From Glaucostegus cemiculus (Eukaryota): a DNA stretch of 64,000 bases. Positions 52,601-64,000 of the stretch are shown here, one piece after another. A program made the translations under genes and the position numbers. The stretch lies in assembly GCA_976551045.1 (NCBI GenBank), contig CDPCPM010000233.1, positions 3,348,001 to 3,412,000 on the forward strand, in the 5' to 3' direction. The notes beneath the pieces are model-generated. The model was given only the letters and a program-made list of their open reading frames with translations, was not told where the DNA came from and ran no database searches. How positions within the stretch are numbered: position 1 is the stretch's first letter; every line of letters begins with the position of its first letter.

Positions 52601-53649
52601 GGAAAGCAGTTTATGACATCCATGTGGGTCATATGGAGCTGCTGTGTCCTCTTAGTCTGAGCCAGTGGTGGGAAGTTATCTTCAATTCATGCCTGCACTT
52701 TGTGGTGTGACCACGTTGCCTGTTGTGGTCCAGCATTTTACTTGGATGCAGCAAAAGCCAAGCAGGTAATGTTTGGCTTTGGGAAGGCTGACAAACAGCC
52801 GGCATTTCAGGCCTGGAGCCACAGCGTGGGGAACAGGAGGAAGATTGATCCCTTGGGATTGATCATGATGGACAGCAGTTTTGAGGAGACCATTTGGACC
52901 TGGTTTCTGTCCTGTGTAAAATATAATTCAAACTTACCCTGTAGAGTCCATTTGAAGTGGCCAAACTTGCATTGGATATCAACAGGTTGCCTAGATATGG
53001 ATTTTAAAGGATCAGGGTAAGGAAAATAAGTTAGAGGTAAGTGGTATGTTGTTTGGGCAATGGGTCGGATTACTATAATTCTGAGTTCTAAGCACCTCAA
53101 TTGGACCAACGGAAAATCAGGTCATGAAAGACACCACAAAGCCTGCCCTGGTATTAGTAACTGCAATCTGAGCACCAATTAAACACTGCTTGTGTGTGTG
53201 TGGGGGATTGCCTGTTCATTAATACTTTGCCAGACACTACTGGTTGTCACGCACATCTCAGTAAGTGAGAACTTTTTCATTTTGCGCAAATGAGAAAGTG
53301 ACACCATATAATGACAGTGTTCCAACTTGACAACTCTTTACTAAAATACCTTTGTATTACCAACGCAAGCAGTGCCATAACAATTCAGCAGCTTGGCTTG
53401 TACACTGTAAGCTTGGAATGTATCAACTGAACTCGGAGATTTCTGCATATTATTGGCAGAGAAGGCTTACATTGGCATTCAGTTGTTGCCCTTTCGTATC
53501 GCTCAATTCCTTACCGTGCACAACATCAAAGGGATTGCTGTCTTCATTGCTCCTAACGCTCATACAGAACTTTGTCCAGTGTTTGTCAAGACTTCCACCT
53601 TCTCTGAAGTGGGGACCTCCAATCAATTACGGTTGTGGGCAGAGTCCTG

Positions 53650-53900
53650 ATTATTATGTAGAATCTGATATCATGCAAAATTCTATTGTCTATATCCTAA
53701 TTTACACCAAGTTCCATTCACCCGTCACCTTAGTGTTACTCTGGGTCCTTTAATTCAACTTTAAGTTTCTCATCCTTAGTTTCAAATCCCTCCATGGCGA
53801 CACCCCTCCCTAACTTGGTAATTTCATTTAGTTTAATGACCTTCCAGAAATCAGTGCTTTTGACATAGTAATTTGCATTGACAATAATACTAATAGCTCC
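53650..53900 (+). mobile_element. L2 LINE 3' remnant
   Basis: NFKFLILSFKSLHGDTPP resembles the L2 motif FKIL.L.FKALHGLAP.YL. Confidence 0.5.
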
Positions 53901-54547
53901 AGGGTATTGCTTATTGAAGGTTCCAAGTAATTGTGTTCTGAATGTTGGTGACTGCGTCCAAGGCTCTTTTCTTTTCCTCGGTACACCCCAGAACTCTCTG
54001 AAAAATTTTAGATTTTTCATTCTTGAAATTTTGGACTGGGTACAACTACTATACCATTTGCATTCATGGCATGTGCAGGAATGTTGATTCATTAGGTTTT
54101 TTTTGGCATAGCCATTCAAATTAACCATGCAGTGCTACATGTTTTAGGATTGAGATATTTTGTTGGAAACAGCTAAGGATGTGGTGTTGCTGGGCAGTGC
54201 CAGACACCCTACATTATTTGTGAATATCTTTGTGATGCCAAGATTGGAGTGATGAGTTGATGCCATCTTCTTGTGCTCAGTCTGTCTGTCCCTCAGTGGA
54301 GAGCAGTGGAGTTAATTAGGCTGTAAAAAGGAAATTCAGACTTTTTGGTTAAGATGGAGATTGGACCTGTTCTCATTATAAAATAAAACACATGCTTTCT
54401 TATAATTGTCAGACCAAGTTTCCAAACCTAAAAGGTTTTACAATTTACAATACCCAAATCAGGTTTTACAATTAGAGCTTAAAATAAGTCTCATTCTCAG
54501 TATCAAAATTTTAGTATTGTGTTGTGTGTTGATTGGAGAAACTTGTT

Positions 54548-54895
54548 GTCAAAGTTAAAGTCAAGTTTATTGCTATATGCACAAGCACATGTATGCACAG
54601 GTGCAATTAAAAACTTAGGCACATAGCATCAGTTATGCAACATTCACAAGACAAACAGAATTAACCATCAATTATACACAATTTTTACAAGAAAGAACAC
54701 AATTAGAACAAATAACAACAAAGTCTGCTGTAGTGCAAAGTGGTCATAGTGTTGCTATACTGAGGTAGTGATTAAGGTTGTGCAGGTTGGTTCGAGAACA
54801 AAATGGTTGAAGAGAAGTAGCTGCTCCTGAACCTGGTGGTGTGGGATTTCAGGCTTCTGTACCCCCTGCCGACGGTAGCTGTGAGAAGATGGCAT
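54548..54895 (-). mobile_element. Rex-Babar LINE 3' end
   Basis: Homologous to 57650-58020 (gatgg..gaagtagctg.tcctgaacctggtgg..tgggatttcaggcttctgtacc). Confidence 0.75.
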
Positions 54896-56974
54896 ATATT
54901 TCAATCATTTATAGAGGGCCACTGGAATTTTCTCCAGGTCCCATGCTTCCCCTTCCCCCTCTGCTATTCTATTTGAGACAAGGGACACATCCACTGACCC
55001 CATCATTTGCTTCATCACTTATTTGTCTACTTGCCCTTTCATCACACATGGAATGGATAATGGAGCTGCAGATTTAGATGAGTTTACGAGTTTCACTAGG
55101 GAAGGAAATGGAAGATTTAAAGCATGCCAAATTTAAAGGTGTACAAAAAAATTGAAGGAATGCGAATAGGGCAGGTGGAAGGTGCCACAGTGCGGCAGCA
55201 AAAATTCTGAAGGCCTCCCAGGAACCTTAAAGCAAATTTCAAACCATTAGTTCCCTTCTCCCGAGTCTGAAGTACATGGAATTAAGAAGAGATAGGAAAA
55301 GATGAAGGAATTAATGTGTAATTTACCATCTCCAAGTAATAGGATCGGAGAGAACTTGATCATCCAGTTTGGAAGCTGCTGAAAATAAGATGGTAATGCA
55401 TGAGGTGGTTTAAAGGAGAGTGTCAGTAGGGCACCATTGACACTGTAGCACCAGAGGGTCCCTGGGCAGAATAACAGTGTGAACTCCCCTTCCTCTTTCC
55501 TTTTGCCTTCTCATTGCATGGCTTCCAAAGCTATATAATATGAGTGGCCTCATTCCTCACCATACACCCTTGGACTTTGGACAACAGCCTCAATTGTTTA
55601 CTCAGTGGCATGACAGCAAAGATGTGGAGCCTGGTGTAAGGTTACAGCCAGACTTCCCTGGAACTGAGTGTTTCAATTAGTCTTGTAAGTCTGGACGAGG
55701 TCCAAGACTACTTCTGCATTCCACTGTAATATGTATTCATATTTGTCAAGCCTCCTGTCATGAACAATGCTGGAGGTAACAAGGATTTAGCTTGCAGAGT
55801 GTTTAGGTATAGATCACCAGCATATTTATTGCTACCAGTGTGAAAAGTATACAGAGTTTTCAGACTATAGACTTCAGTTGCCAGGGTTCTGGAGGAGTGC
55901 AGGTGCCTCTGCAGAAAATGCAGAAATATGGATATTACAAAAGGTAATGGAAAAGACATTAAAATGAATCAAAAGCATTGCATGGTATTTACCTTATTGT
56001 TTGTTAAAATACATTTGGTCGCATTTGTTTGTTTCATTGAATAACTTGCCATTTTTCCAACATTTGTCCTTAGTGCTCAATTATCCAAGGATGCAACATT
56101 CTGCTGCTCTCTGTAAGCAAGCAGTGTCACCACACAGGTGAGGGCTGCTCTGTGCAAAACCCAATACTGTGGAGTCAGCCTTTCCTCCTCTCCTTCACTC
56201 CCATTCAATACACTGGTCCAACCGTGTGCACATTGCACAATGTCATGCTCAAAGAGCATCAGCATTTTCAGCTCCATCCATTGGCTGCTCAATTTCTGCC
56301 AAATGACAATTCTTCCTTATCTTTGTACCCCACCGTATACCTCAAGGAGACATCTGGCTCGATGATCTAATTAGTGTGATTCCACACTCTCTGTACCATA
56401 CTCAGGGCACTTCATGTAGCACAGCCAGGATGACTAGCTTCTTCCAAATAGATTTCATGTCATTCTTCACTAGTGTAGTTTTGTAATGGTCCAGATCAAC
56501 GGTTCCTTTTAACACATGTAGTCACTCCACAATCCATATGTTGAACGACAGAAGACACATGGTAGGAATGTTACTTTCTTTTGATGTGAGAAGTCTTTTG
56601 TAAGGATGAGAAAATCCACCAGCCTTTTCCGGCAAGCTCTTCAAGCCTCTTGTCAAATCCCTCTCGAAAATGTGATGTGGTCCATATGCAGTTGTTCACC
56701 AACAGCCTGAAGAAAAAGGGGCTATCCAGGTTCCTCCTCAGTTCCTTTTCCTCCTCGCCCTGTTTCTGCTCCATATCTGCTCATTGTGTATCTGGACACA
56801 AAAGATAAACTCTCATGATGGTGAGGTTGTGCAGTGCAAAACAGACCACTCAGATCTTGACACCTTCTCTGTAAAGTACTCCATAGTGGTTCAGGTAGCA
56901 GAGATATTGGTTCAGCAGGCCAATATTGGTACTGATATTGATGGCATTGAGAAGCTTGAGGGAGCATACAGAAG

Positions 56975-57320
56975 AGGCAGCACAGTGGCACAATTAGTAG
57001 AGCCCCGTCTCACAATACCAGAGACCCAGGTTCAATCCTGACCTCGGGTGCTGTCTATGTGGAGTTTGTGTGTTCTGCATGCGACTGTGTGGCATTTCTC
57101 CAAGTGCTCCAGTTTCCTCCCACATCCCAAACGTGCAGGTTGTTAGGTTAATTGGTTGCTGTAAATTGCCTAGTGTATGGTGAGTGGTAGAACCTGGGAT
57201 AAATTGATGAGAATATGGGGAGAATAAAAAATGGAATTAATGTAGAATTAGTGTAAAAGGGTGATTAATGGTTGGCATGGACGCGGTGATCTGAAGGGCC
57301 CGTTTCTATGTCCTGAGTAA
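56975..57320 (+). mobile_element. V-SINE of HE1 type (CR1-derived tail)
   Basis: tRNA-like head (ggcagcacagtggcaca...caggttcaatcc), V-domain and a CR1-like tail (gttggcatggac...gaagggcccgtttctatg). Confidence 0.8.
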
Positions 57321-57649
57321 GTGGATGGAGCATACTGCTTCACAACTCACCCACCAGCTTGCTCACGCACCTTCTGCTCTGCTTGTGGAGTGGTTTGCGG
57401 TTCCCACATTGGCCTCCCTCATTAGCCACTTCCTCACCCAAAATAACAAAGCAGAAGCAGTTCATCCCCAATCCCAAGGGACAGCTAAGAAGAAGATCTG
57501 CTGCATGGATTTTGTGTGGCATGAGATTTGTGGTATGCATGTTGCCCCTGTGTGCCTTTTGACAATTGTATCTTGAGTGGATTGCCCTCATCACCCCAGT
57601 GCCCATCTTTTGTCAAGATGCCTCAAATACAGCTGATGCAAAATGACTG

Positions 57650-58235
57650 TCAAACTCAAAGTTGAGTTCATTGGCATATACACAAGTACATGTGCACACA
57701 GGTGCAGTGCAAAACTTACTTGAAGCAGCATCACAGGCACATAGCATCAGATAAGCAGCATTCACAAGAAAAACATCAATTAAACATAAATTATACATAA
57801 TTTTTGTAAGAAAGAACACAATTAGAACAAAAAATTCTATTGTAATGCAAAGTGATCAAAGTGGGCATAGTGTTGCCATACTGAGGTAGTAATTAGGGTT
57901 GTGCAAGTTGGTTCAAGAACCGAATGGTTGAAGGGCAGTAGCTGTTCTTGAACCTGGTGAGGTGGGACTTCAGGCTTCTGTACCTCCTGCCCAATGGTAG
58001 GTGCGAGAAGATAGCATGGCCTGGATGGTGGGGATCTTTGATGATAGATGTTGCTTTCTTGAGGCAGTGCCTCATGTTGACACTATCACTGGTGTGGAGG
58101 GATGTGCCTGTGATGTATTGGGCTGAGGCCACTACTCCCTGCAGCTTATTATGTTTTTGCACATTCGAATTGCCATACCAGACCGTGATGCAAGCAATCT
58201 GGGTACCTTGAACAGCACATCTGCAGAAGTTTGTT
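57650..58235 (-). mobile_element. Rex-Babar LINE 3' part
   Basis: ITVWYGNS...LQGVV..AQYITG...CLKKATSIIKDPHHPGHAIFSHLPLGRRYRSL...RFKNSY.PSTIRFLN. Confidence 0.9.
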
Positions 58236-58644
58236 AGAGGCTGGAGACTGGGTATTGACTTGCATGTACCAGCTGGGCATTGAGGGATTGTAACCTTTTG
58301 ATTGTGTTGCAATCTCAGGGTAGATGTGCAACACCACAAGCAAGTAAATGACAACTTCTCCCCTGAAATCCCTGGAAAGCTTTGTGAATACTTTGGTTGC
58401 GGCTCCCCGGCAAGAGAGAATGAAATATTGTTGGCTCTCACGACTGAGTGCTTTGGTGATCAGCAGTGGTTGGCAATCTGTGGCAGTTGTAAATCTTTCT
58501 CACTTCATACAAAATAATAAACATCATATATAAATATTTGTGGCAATGGCTATATTGACAGCCAGAAACCTTTGTGGAGTTGAAGACAACTTTTAGTGAG
58601 GCAATCATCACGGAAGAGAAGATTTCCCATACTCATGGGTAGAT

Positions 58645-59520
58645 CTGACCTGAATGAAAAACACGATGATGCTGTGCTGGAGGAACTCAGCAGGCCAGGC
58701 AGCAGCCGTGGAGGAAAGCAGGCGGTCAATGATTCGGGTCAGGACCCTTCTTCAGGACTGAAGGTAGGAAAAAGGGACGCCCAATATATAGGAGGGAAAA
58801 GCAGAGTAGTCATAGGTGGACAAAAGAGGGGAGGCAGGGTGGCGATAAGTACATGCAGGTGAGAGATAGTGATAGGCAGGTGTGGGAGAGGAGGGGAGAG
58901 CAGATTCACTGGAGGATGTGTCAAAAGTAAGGAGAGAAAGGGAAAAAAAGGTAGAAAAAAGGGCTAGGATGGGGAAGAAGAGAAGAAGCAAGGTGGTGGG
59001 GGGTTGGGGAAGGTGGGGTGGGGTGGGGATTACTTAAAGTGGGAGAATTCCATGTTCATGTCATTTGGCTGCAAGGTTCCAAGACAGAAAATGAGGTGCT
59101 GTTCTTCCAGTTTGCGCTTGGAATTCTCCTGGCAGTGGAGGAGGCCGAGGGCTGACATATCAGTGATAGTGTGGGAGGGAGAGTTGAAGTGACTGGCAAT
59201 GGGGAGATGCAGATCATAGTTATGGACAGAATGCAGGTGTTCTGCAGAACGGTCACCTAGTCTGCGTATGGTCTCACCGATGTAGAGAAGGCCACACTTG
59301 GAGCACCGAATGCAGTAGATGATATTAGGGGAGATGCAGGTGAATCTCTGTCTCACCTGGAAGGACCGTTTGGGTCGCTGGATGGAGGTGATGGAAGTGG
59401 TGTAGGGGCAGGTGTTGCAACTATGGCAGGGGCAGTGGAATGGTGCCTGGCCTGCTGAGATCCTCCAGCATCATTGCGTTTTTCATCTAGATTCCAGCAT
59501 CTGCAGTCCTTTGCTTCTCT
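58645..59520 (-). mobile_element. Penelope-like element with GIY-YIG domain and inverted terminal repeats
   Basis: ORF 59030-59356: RQRFTCISPNIIYCIRCSKCGLLYIGETIRRLGDR.AEHL...EEQHLIFCLGTLQP. Termini 58650-58705 and 59445-59490 are reverse complements. Confidence 0.9.
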
Positions 59521-61794
59521 GGCAGATATGACCTTCTGTAGTTGTCCCCTTTCCCCACTCATTCACTGTCCCTCTTCAGGCAAGTCGCTCTGCTTGTTCT
59601 TCCAACTATGCTGTATTCCAAGGGGAATACCTGTGAAAGCACTTGTATTTAGGAGCACCTAGTTTATACTGAAGTCTTGATATCTGGACAAAATCCTTCA
59701 GCATATGCTACGCTATTCTCTGCAGAATGTATCAACATTACAGAAGCCTAGAAGTTACCAAGTTGTTTCAGAATCTTGGCAATACCCAGTAAAAATCTAC
59801 CAACAAGGACTGAATGCTTTCAAGTAGCAATGGCCAAAAGATTCCTCCTGCTGCAGGCATTTATAGTTGTGGAAGTTTAAGAGCTAGGAACTAGCTGAAG
59901 CACTGAGATGATATCAAACCATAATTCCATACTGATTGATCTCCCCACCCTGTATACTCCGGGCAGATGATAACTGCACACACACATTGATGTCTTCACC
60001 AATAGGAGATCCAATCTAATTTATGCCACAAATGTTTGTGCACAAAATAACTCCCACTTTGGAACCAAAACTCTGCCATGGTGCTCAAAGCATGCATGCC
60101 ATGGATCTGAATTTCTCACTGAAAATGCTTCAGAATGCTTTTAACTTTTAAACCAATTAAAGTGGAAATAATTTGGCAAATATATTGTAAGTAGTACATG
60201 GAAACTATTCAACAGCCAGTCTGAAATATTGCAAAATATGAACATCAGTCAAATAGAAAGCAAGCACATGGAAATAAATTTTCCATGTGAACTGTGATCA
60301 TGTTATTATTATGGAGAAATGAAGGTATTGAACACAGCTTGTATATAAGGTGTACATGTACTATACGCAAACATTATATACCTGCATATGGTAGATGTAA
60401 TATGTACTAGCCCTCTTCAGGTTGTTGCACCCTGAATGGAAGGAATTTCAGCCTTGTATTGAAGGATTATTTTCTCACCATAAATAAATAAAAGCAAAGC
60501 TAGAAATAAGCCAACATCCTCCCAGTGGAGATCATAGCCCAGACATTTCTGATTATCTGTTGCTCTGCCAGAGTTGTAGCAGGAAATGGTACGGATGTTG
60601 TGATGTGCAGAATAGGGGCAAGCACCTGGGCCATCCCATGGAGGAATTAGACTTCTCAATGAAAAGAGAAAACAGACTGATTTCCATTTTTCCATTTTAT
60701 TGTTCTTTTTATTCTTGGGGATATCCAAGCCCACATTATACCTACTGCCTCAATGGCTACAGATTGCTACAGTAATGACACAGTAATGTGGGGCATTACT
60801 CTGGGCTTTATGCACAATATAAACCTTCACCTTGCAGGCTATATGTTGGATGGAACTTGTGAACTCTTAAGGGGAACCTTGGCGTCCCACATCCTGCCTA
60901 CCACATGACATCAGAGTGGAGAGAAACAAGATGTATCAAGCACAAAAGATGTGTAGAGAAAATAGAATTGATTTTTTCTCAAATTCCTCACTACATCCCA
61001 ATATTTATATTAATTCTATATCAGATACATAACAGAATTTCTGTGTTTGATTCTTCATAAGTTTCAACAAAATAAGTTGATTTGGATAAGGATGGTTCTT
61101 CAGCCTGATTTGCTTTGAAAATCAAATGATCTGCTTCATTTTAAATGCCCCCTTATTCTTGATTTCCACATGCCGGGAATTCTATTCACTCTGTCAGTTA
61201 TTTTAACACCTCCTGCGAACATTTAGTCCATCAACATCAGTAAGAAAAATTGACAAGTGTGATTTTGAAGTTGAATTACATATACGGTAATTTTTTTATT
61301 CAGATGGCTCAATGACCTGTGGGCTACATGGAGAAATTTAATCTAAAACCTGATTGCTAAATCTGATAATGTCCTTTGTTTCTTGCATGCAATTTTGAAA
61401 ATTTGCTCCAGGTCATTTACAAGAATTAGCACATATAATGAGGCTGCTTGGCAGGCACATGATAATAACTGGTATGCTATGCATGGCTTTATATCACCTG
61501 ACTAAAATTTATCTCTTAATCTTATATTTTTATCTCTCTCAGTGACTTGATTGCCTTTTCAGTTTTGGAGCTGAGAATATTGCCACTGAATTAGGTTTGC
61601 ACAAAATGGGTCCTGTTCCCCCTTTCTTTTCATCGACCTTCTGAGGCAGTGAAGAACTTTTACAGCTATCTTATGACTTGATTCCACAACTTCAAAATAT
61701 TATCTCTCGACTATCATGTTTTATCTGATGACTTGAAAGAATATTTGCATACTTTATACTCAGATAACACATTTATGTGACAGGTAAACATACA

Positions 61795-63820
61795 CATAAG
61801 AACACAAGAAATAGGAGCGGGAGGAGGCCATCCAGCCCCTCGAGCCTGCTCTGCCATTCAATAAGATCATGGCTGATCTGGCCGTGGACTCAGATCCACC
61901 TACCTGCCTTTTCCCCATAACCCTTCATTCCCCTACAATGCAAAAATTGATCTGACTGTGTCTTAAATATATTTAATGAGGTCTCTACTGCTTCCCTGGG
62001 CAGAGAATTCCACAGATTCACTACTCTCTGGCAAAAGCAGTTTCTCCTCATCTCCATCCTAAATCTATTCCCCCGAATCTTGAGGCTACGTCCCCTAGTT
62101 CTAGTCTTACCTACCAGTGGACACAAATTTCCTGCGTCTACCTTATCTATCCCTTTCATGATTTAAAATGTGTCTATAAGATCCCCTCTTATTCTTCTGA
62201 ATTCCAGCAAGTATAGTCCCAGGTGACTCAATCTCACTTCATAGGCTAACCCCCTCATCTCCAGAATCAACCTGGTGAACCTACTCTGCACTTCCTCCAA
62301 AGCCAGTATATCTTCCCTCAAGTAAGGAGACCAGAACTGCATGCAGTGCTCCAGGTGCGGCCTCACCAGTACCCTGTACAGTTGCAGCATAACCTCTCTG
62401 CTCCCAAATTCAATCCCTCGAGCAATGAAGGCCAATATTCCATTTGCCTTCTTGATAACCTGTTGCACCTGCAAACCAACCTTTTGTGATTCATGCACAA
62501 GCACTCCCAAGTCCCTTTGCACAACAGCATGCTGCAATCTTTCACTATTTAAATAACAATCTGATCTTCTATTTTTCCTTAAGAAGTGGATGACCTTGTT
62601 TTTACCAACATCTGCCGGACTCTTGTGCACTCATTTAACCTATCTATATCTCTCTGCAGACTCTCCGCATCCTCTGTACAATTTGCTTTTCCACTCAGTT
62701 TAGTGTCATCAGCAAACTTGGATACGGTACACTCGGTCGCCTCTTCCAAATCGTTAATGTTTATCGTGAACGGTTGCGGGCCCAGCATCGACCCCTGAGA
62801 CACCCCGCTCACCACTGATTGCTAACCAGAGAAACAACCATTTATCCCAACTCTCTGTCATCTATTGGTTAACCAACCCTCTATCCATTCTAATGCATTA
62901 TCCCAACAGCTGGATGTTGTGTACTTGGATTTCCAAAAGGCGTTCAACAAGGTGCCGCATAAAAGACATTCATAAGATCCTTTACCTTGGATGTCTTTTA
63001 TGTGGCACCTTGTTGAATGCGTTTTGGAAATCCAAGTACACAACATCCACCTGCTCCTCTCTATCCACTGTGCTCATTATATCCTCAAAGACCTCCAGTA
63101 AGATTGCCAAACAGGCCTGCCCTTCCTGAATCCATGCTGTGTCTGCCTGACAGAACCACTTCTATCCAAATGTCTCACTATTTCTTCCTTAATAATAACT
63201 TCAAGCATTTTTCCGACTACAGACATTAAGCTAACTGGCCTATAGTTACCCGCCTCTTGCCTATATTCTTTTTTTAAACTGTGGCATGACATTCACTGTC
63301 TTCCATTCTGCCAGAACCTGCCTAGAGTCCAGAGAATTTTGGTAAATTATCACAAATTCCTCTACTATAAATTCCGCCATTTCTTTCAGTACCCTGAGAT
63401 GCATCCCATCAGAACCAGGGGGCTTGTCCATCTTTAGGCTCACTAGTTTGCTCATCACTACCTCTTTAGTGACAGCGATTGTATCGAGATCCTCACCTCC
63501 CATCGCATCCATAACATCACTCTTTGGCATGCTAAACGTGTTGTTCACCATGAAGACTGACACAAAATAGTCATTCAAGGTCTCGGCCCTTCCCACATTA
63601 TTCAATATTAATTCCCTCTTCTCTTCTTCCAAGGGACCTATGTTCACTTTAGCCATCCTTTTCTACTTTCTATAGTTATAAAAAAACTTCTACTATCTAT
63701 TTTTATATTTTGTGCTAGTTTACTTTCATAATCTATCTTCCCTTTCCTTATTGCTTGCCTAGTGGTTCTTTGTTACTTTTTAAAGTTTTCCCAATCTTCC
63801 AGTTTCCCACTACTCTTGCT
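61795..63820 (-). mobile_element. CR1 LINE ORF2 (RT) and 3' UTR with an internal fold-back duplication
   Basis: NYRPVSLMSVVGKMLE, SGVSQGSMLGP...SKFADDTKL and LYRVLVRPHLEHCMQFWSPYL. (CATAAGAA)-type tail at 61795-61815. Confidence 0.95.
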
Positions 63821-64000
63821 GATTGCACTTCTATGTACATCATTTTATAGAAAATGGATTTTTGCTTTTTTGGGGGCGCTAATATATTATTGTGTTCAGT
63901 GCTAGCTCTGAATTGGGTCTTTTCCCAACCACAAAAAAAGTAGTGATTAGTGGCATGTGTGTTTGGTGGCACACTTTAAGTATGAGCTATGCTAGTCCAG

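Larger units (their letters stand above)
56700..58480 (-). mobile_element. Fragmented PIF/Harbinger transposase pseudogene, split by a V-SINE and a Rex-Babar insertion
   Basis: Ordered minus-strand motifs: RANNISF..FPG (58440-58370), KGYNPS..MQVNTQSP (58300-58240), GDEGNPLK (57594-57570) and IGLLNQYLCYL...VVCFALHNLTIMR (56925-56812). They match the HARBI1/DDE_Tnp_4 pattern. Confidence 0.7.

Noticed and set aside
60421-60495. Possible terminal exon (LLHPEWKEFQPCIEGLFSHHK*, then AATAAA)
   Set aside because: Weak acceptor, no partner exon and no recognisable homology.
1-64000. CRISPR arrays, rRNA or tRNA genes, prokaryotic operons
   Set aside because: None seen. tRNA-like boxes occur only as SINE heads, and the sequence is eukaryotic intronic/intergenic DNA.

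Overview
Repeat-dense vertebrate genomic DNA. The mix of CR1, Rex-Babar and RTE LINEs, Penelope-like elements, V-SINEs and Deu-type SINEs points to a cartilaginous fish, probably a ray or shark (inference). Only one host protein-coding gene is well supported: two spliced exons (865/878-948 and 1671-2082) encoding a divergent actinoporin-like beta-sandwich protein. It lacks the canonical aromatic lipid-binding motif and has no visible N-terminal helix. The rest is mostly layered, nested transposon fossils. These include a probable endogenous retrovirus remnant (LTR-like segment, integrase and env-like pieces split by LINE insertions), a fragmented Harbinger transposase and Penelope termini with decayed hammerhead ribozymes. 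The main structural oddities are a ~760-bp inverted duplication (44268-46722) with an older third partial copy, and several fold-back/template-switch hairpins inside LINE/SINE copies. No prokaryote-type systems, CRISPR arrays, rRNA or intact tRNA genes were seen. Repeat boundaries are by eye and approximate.
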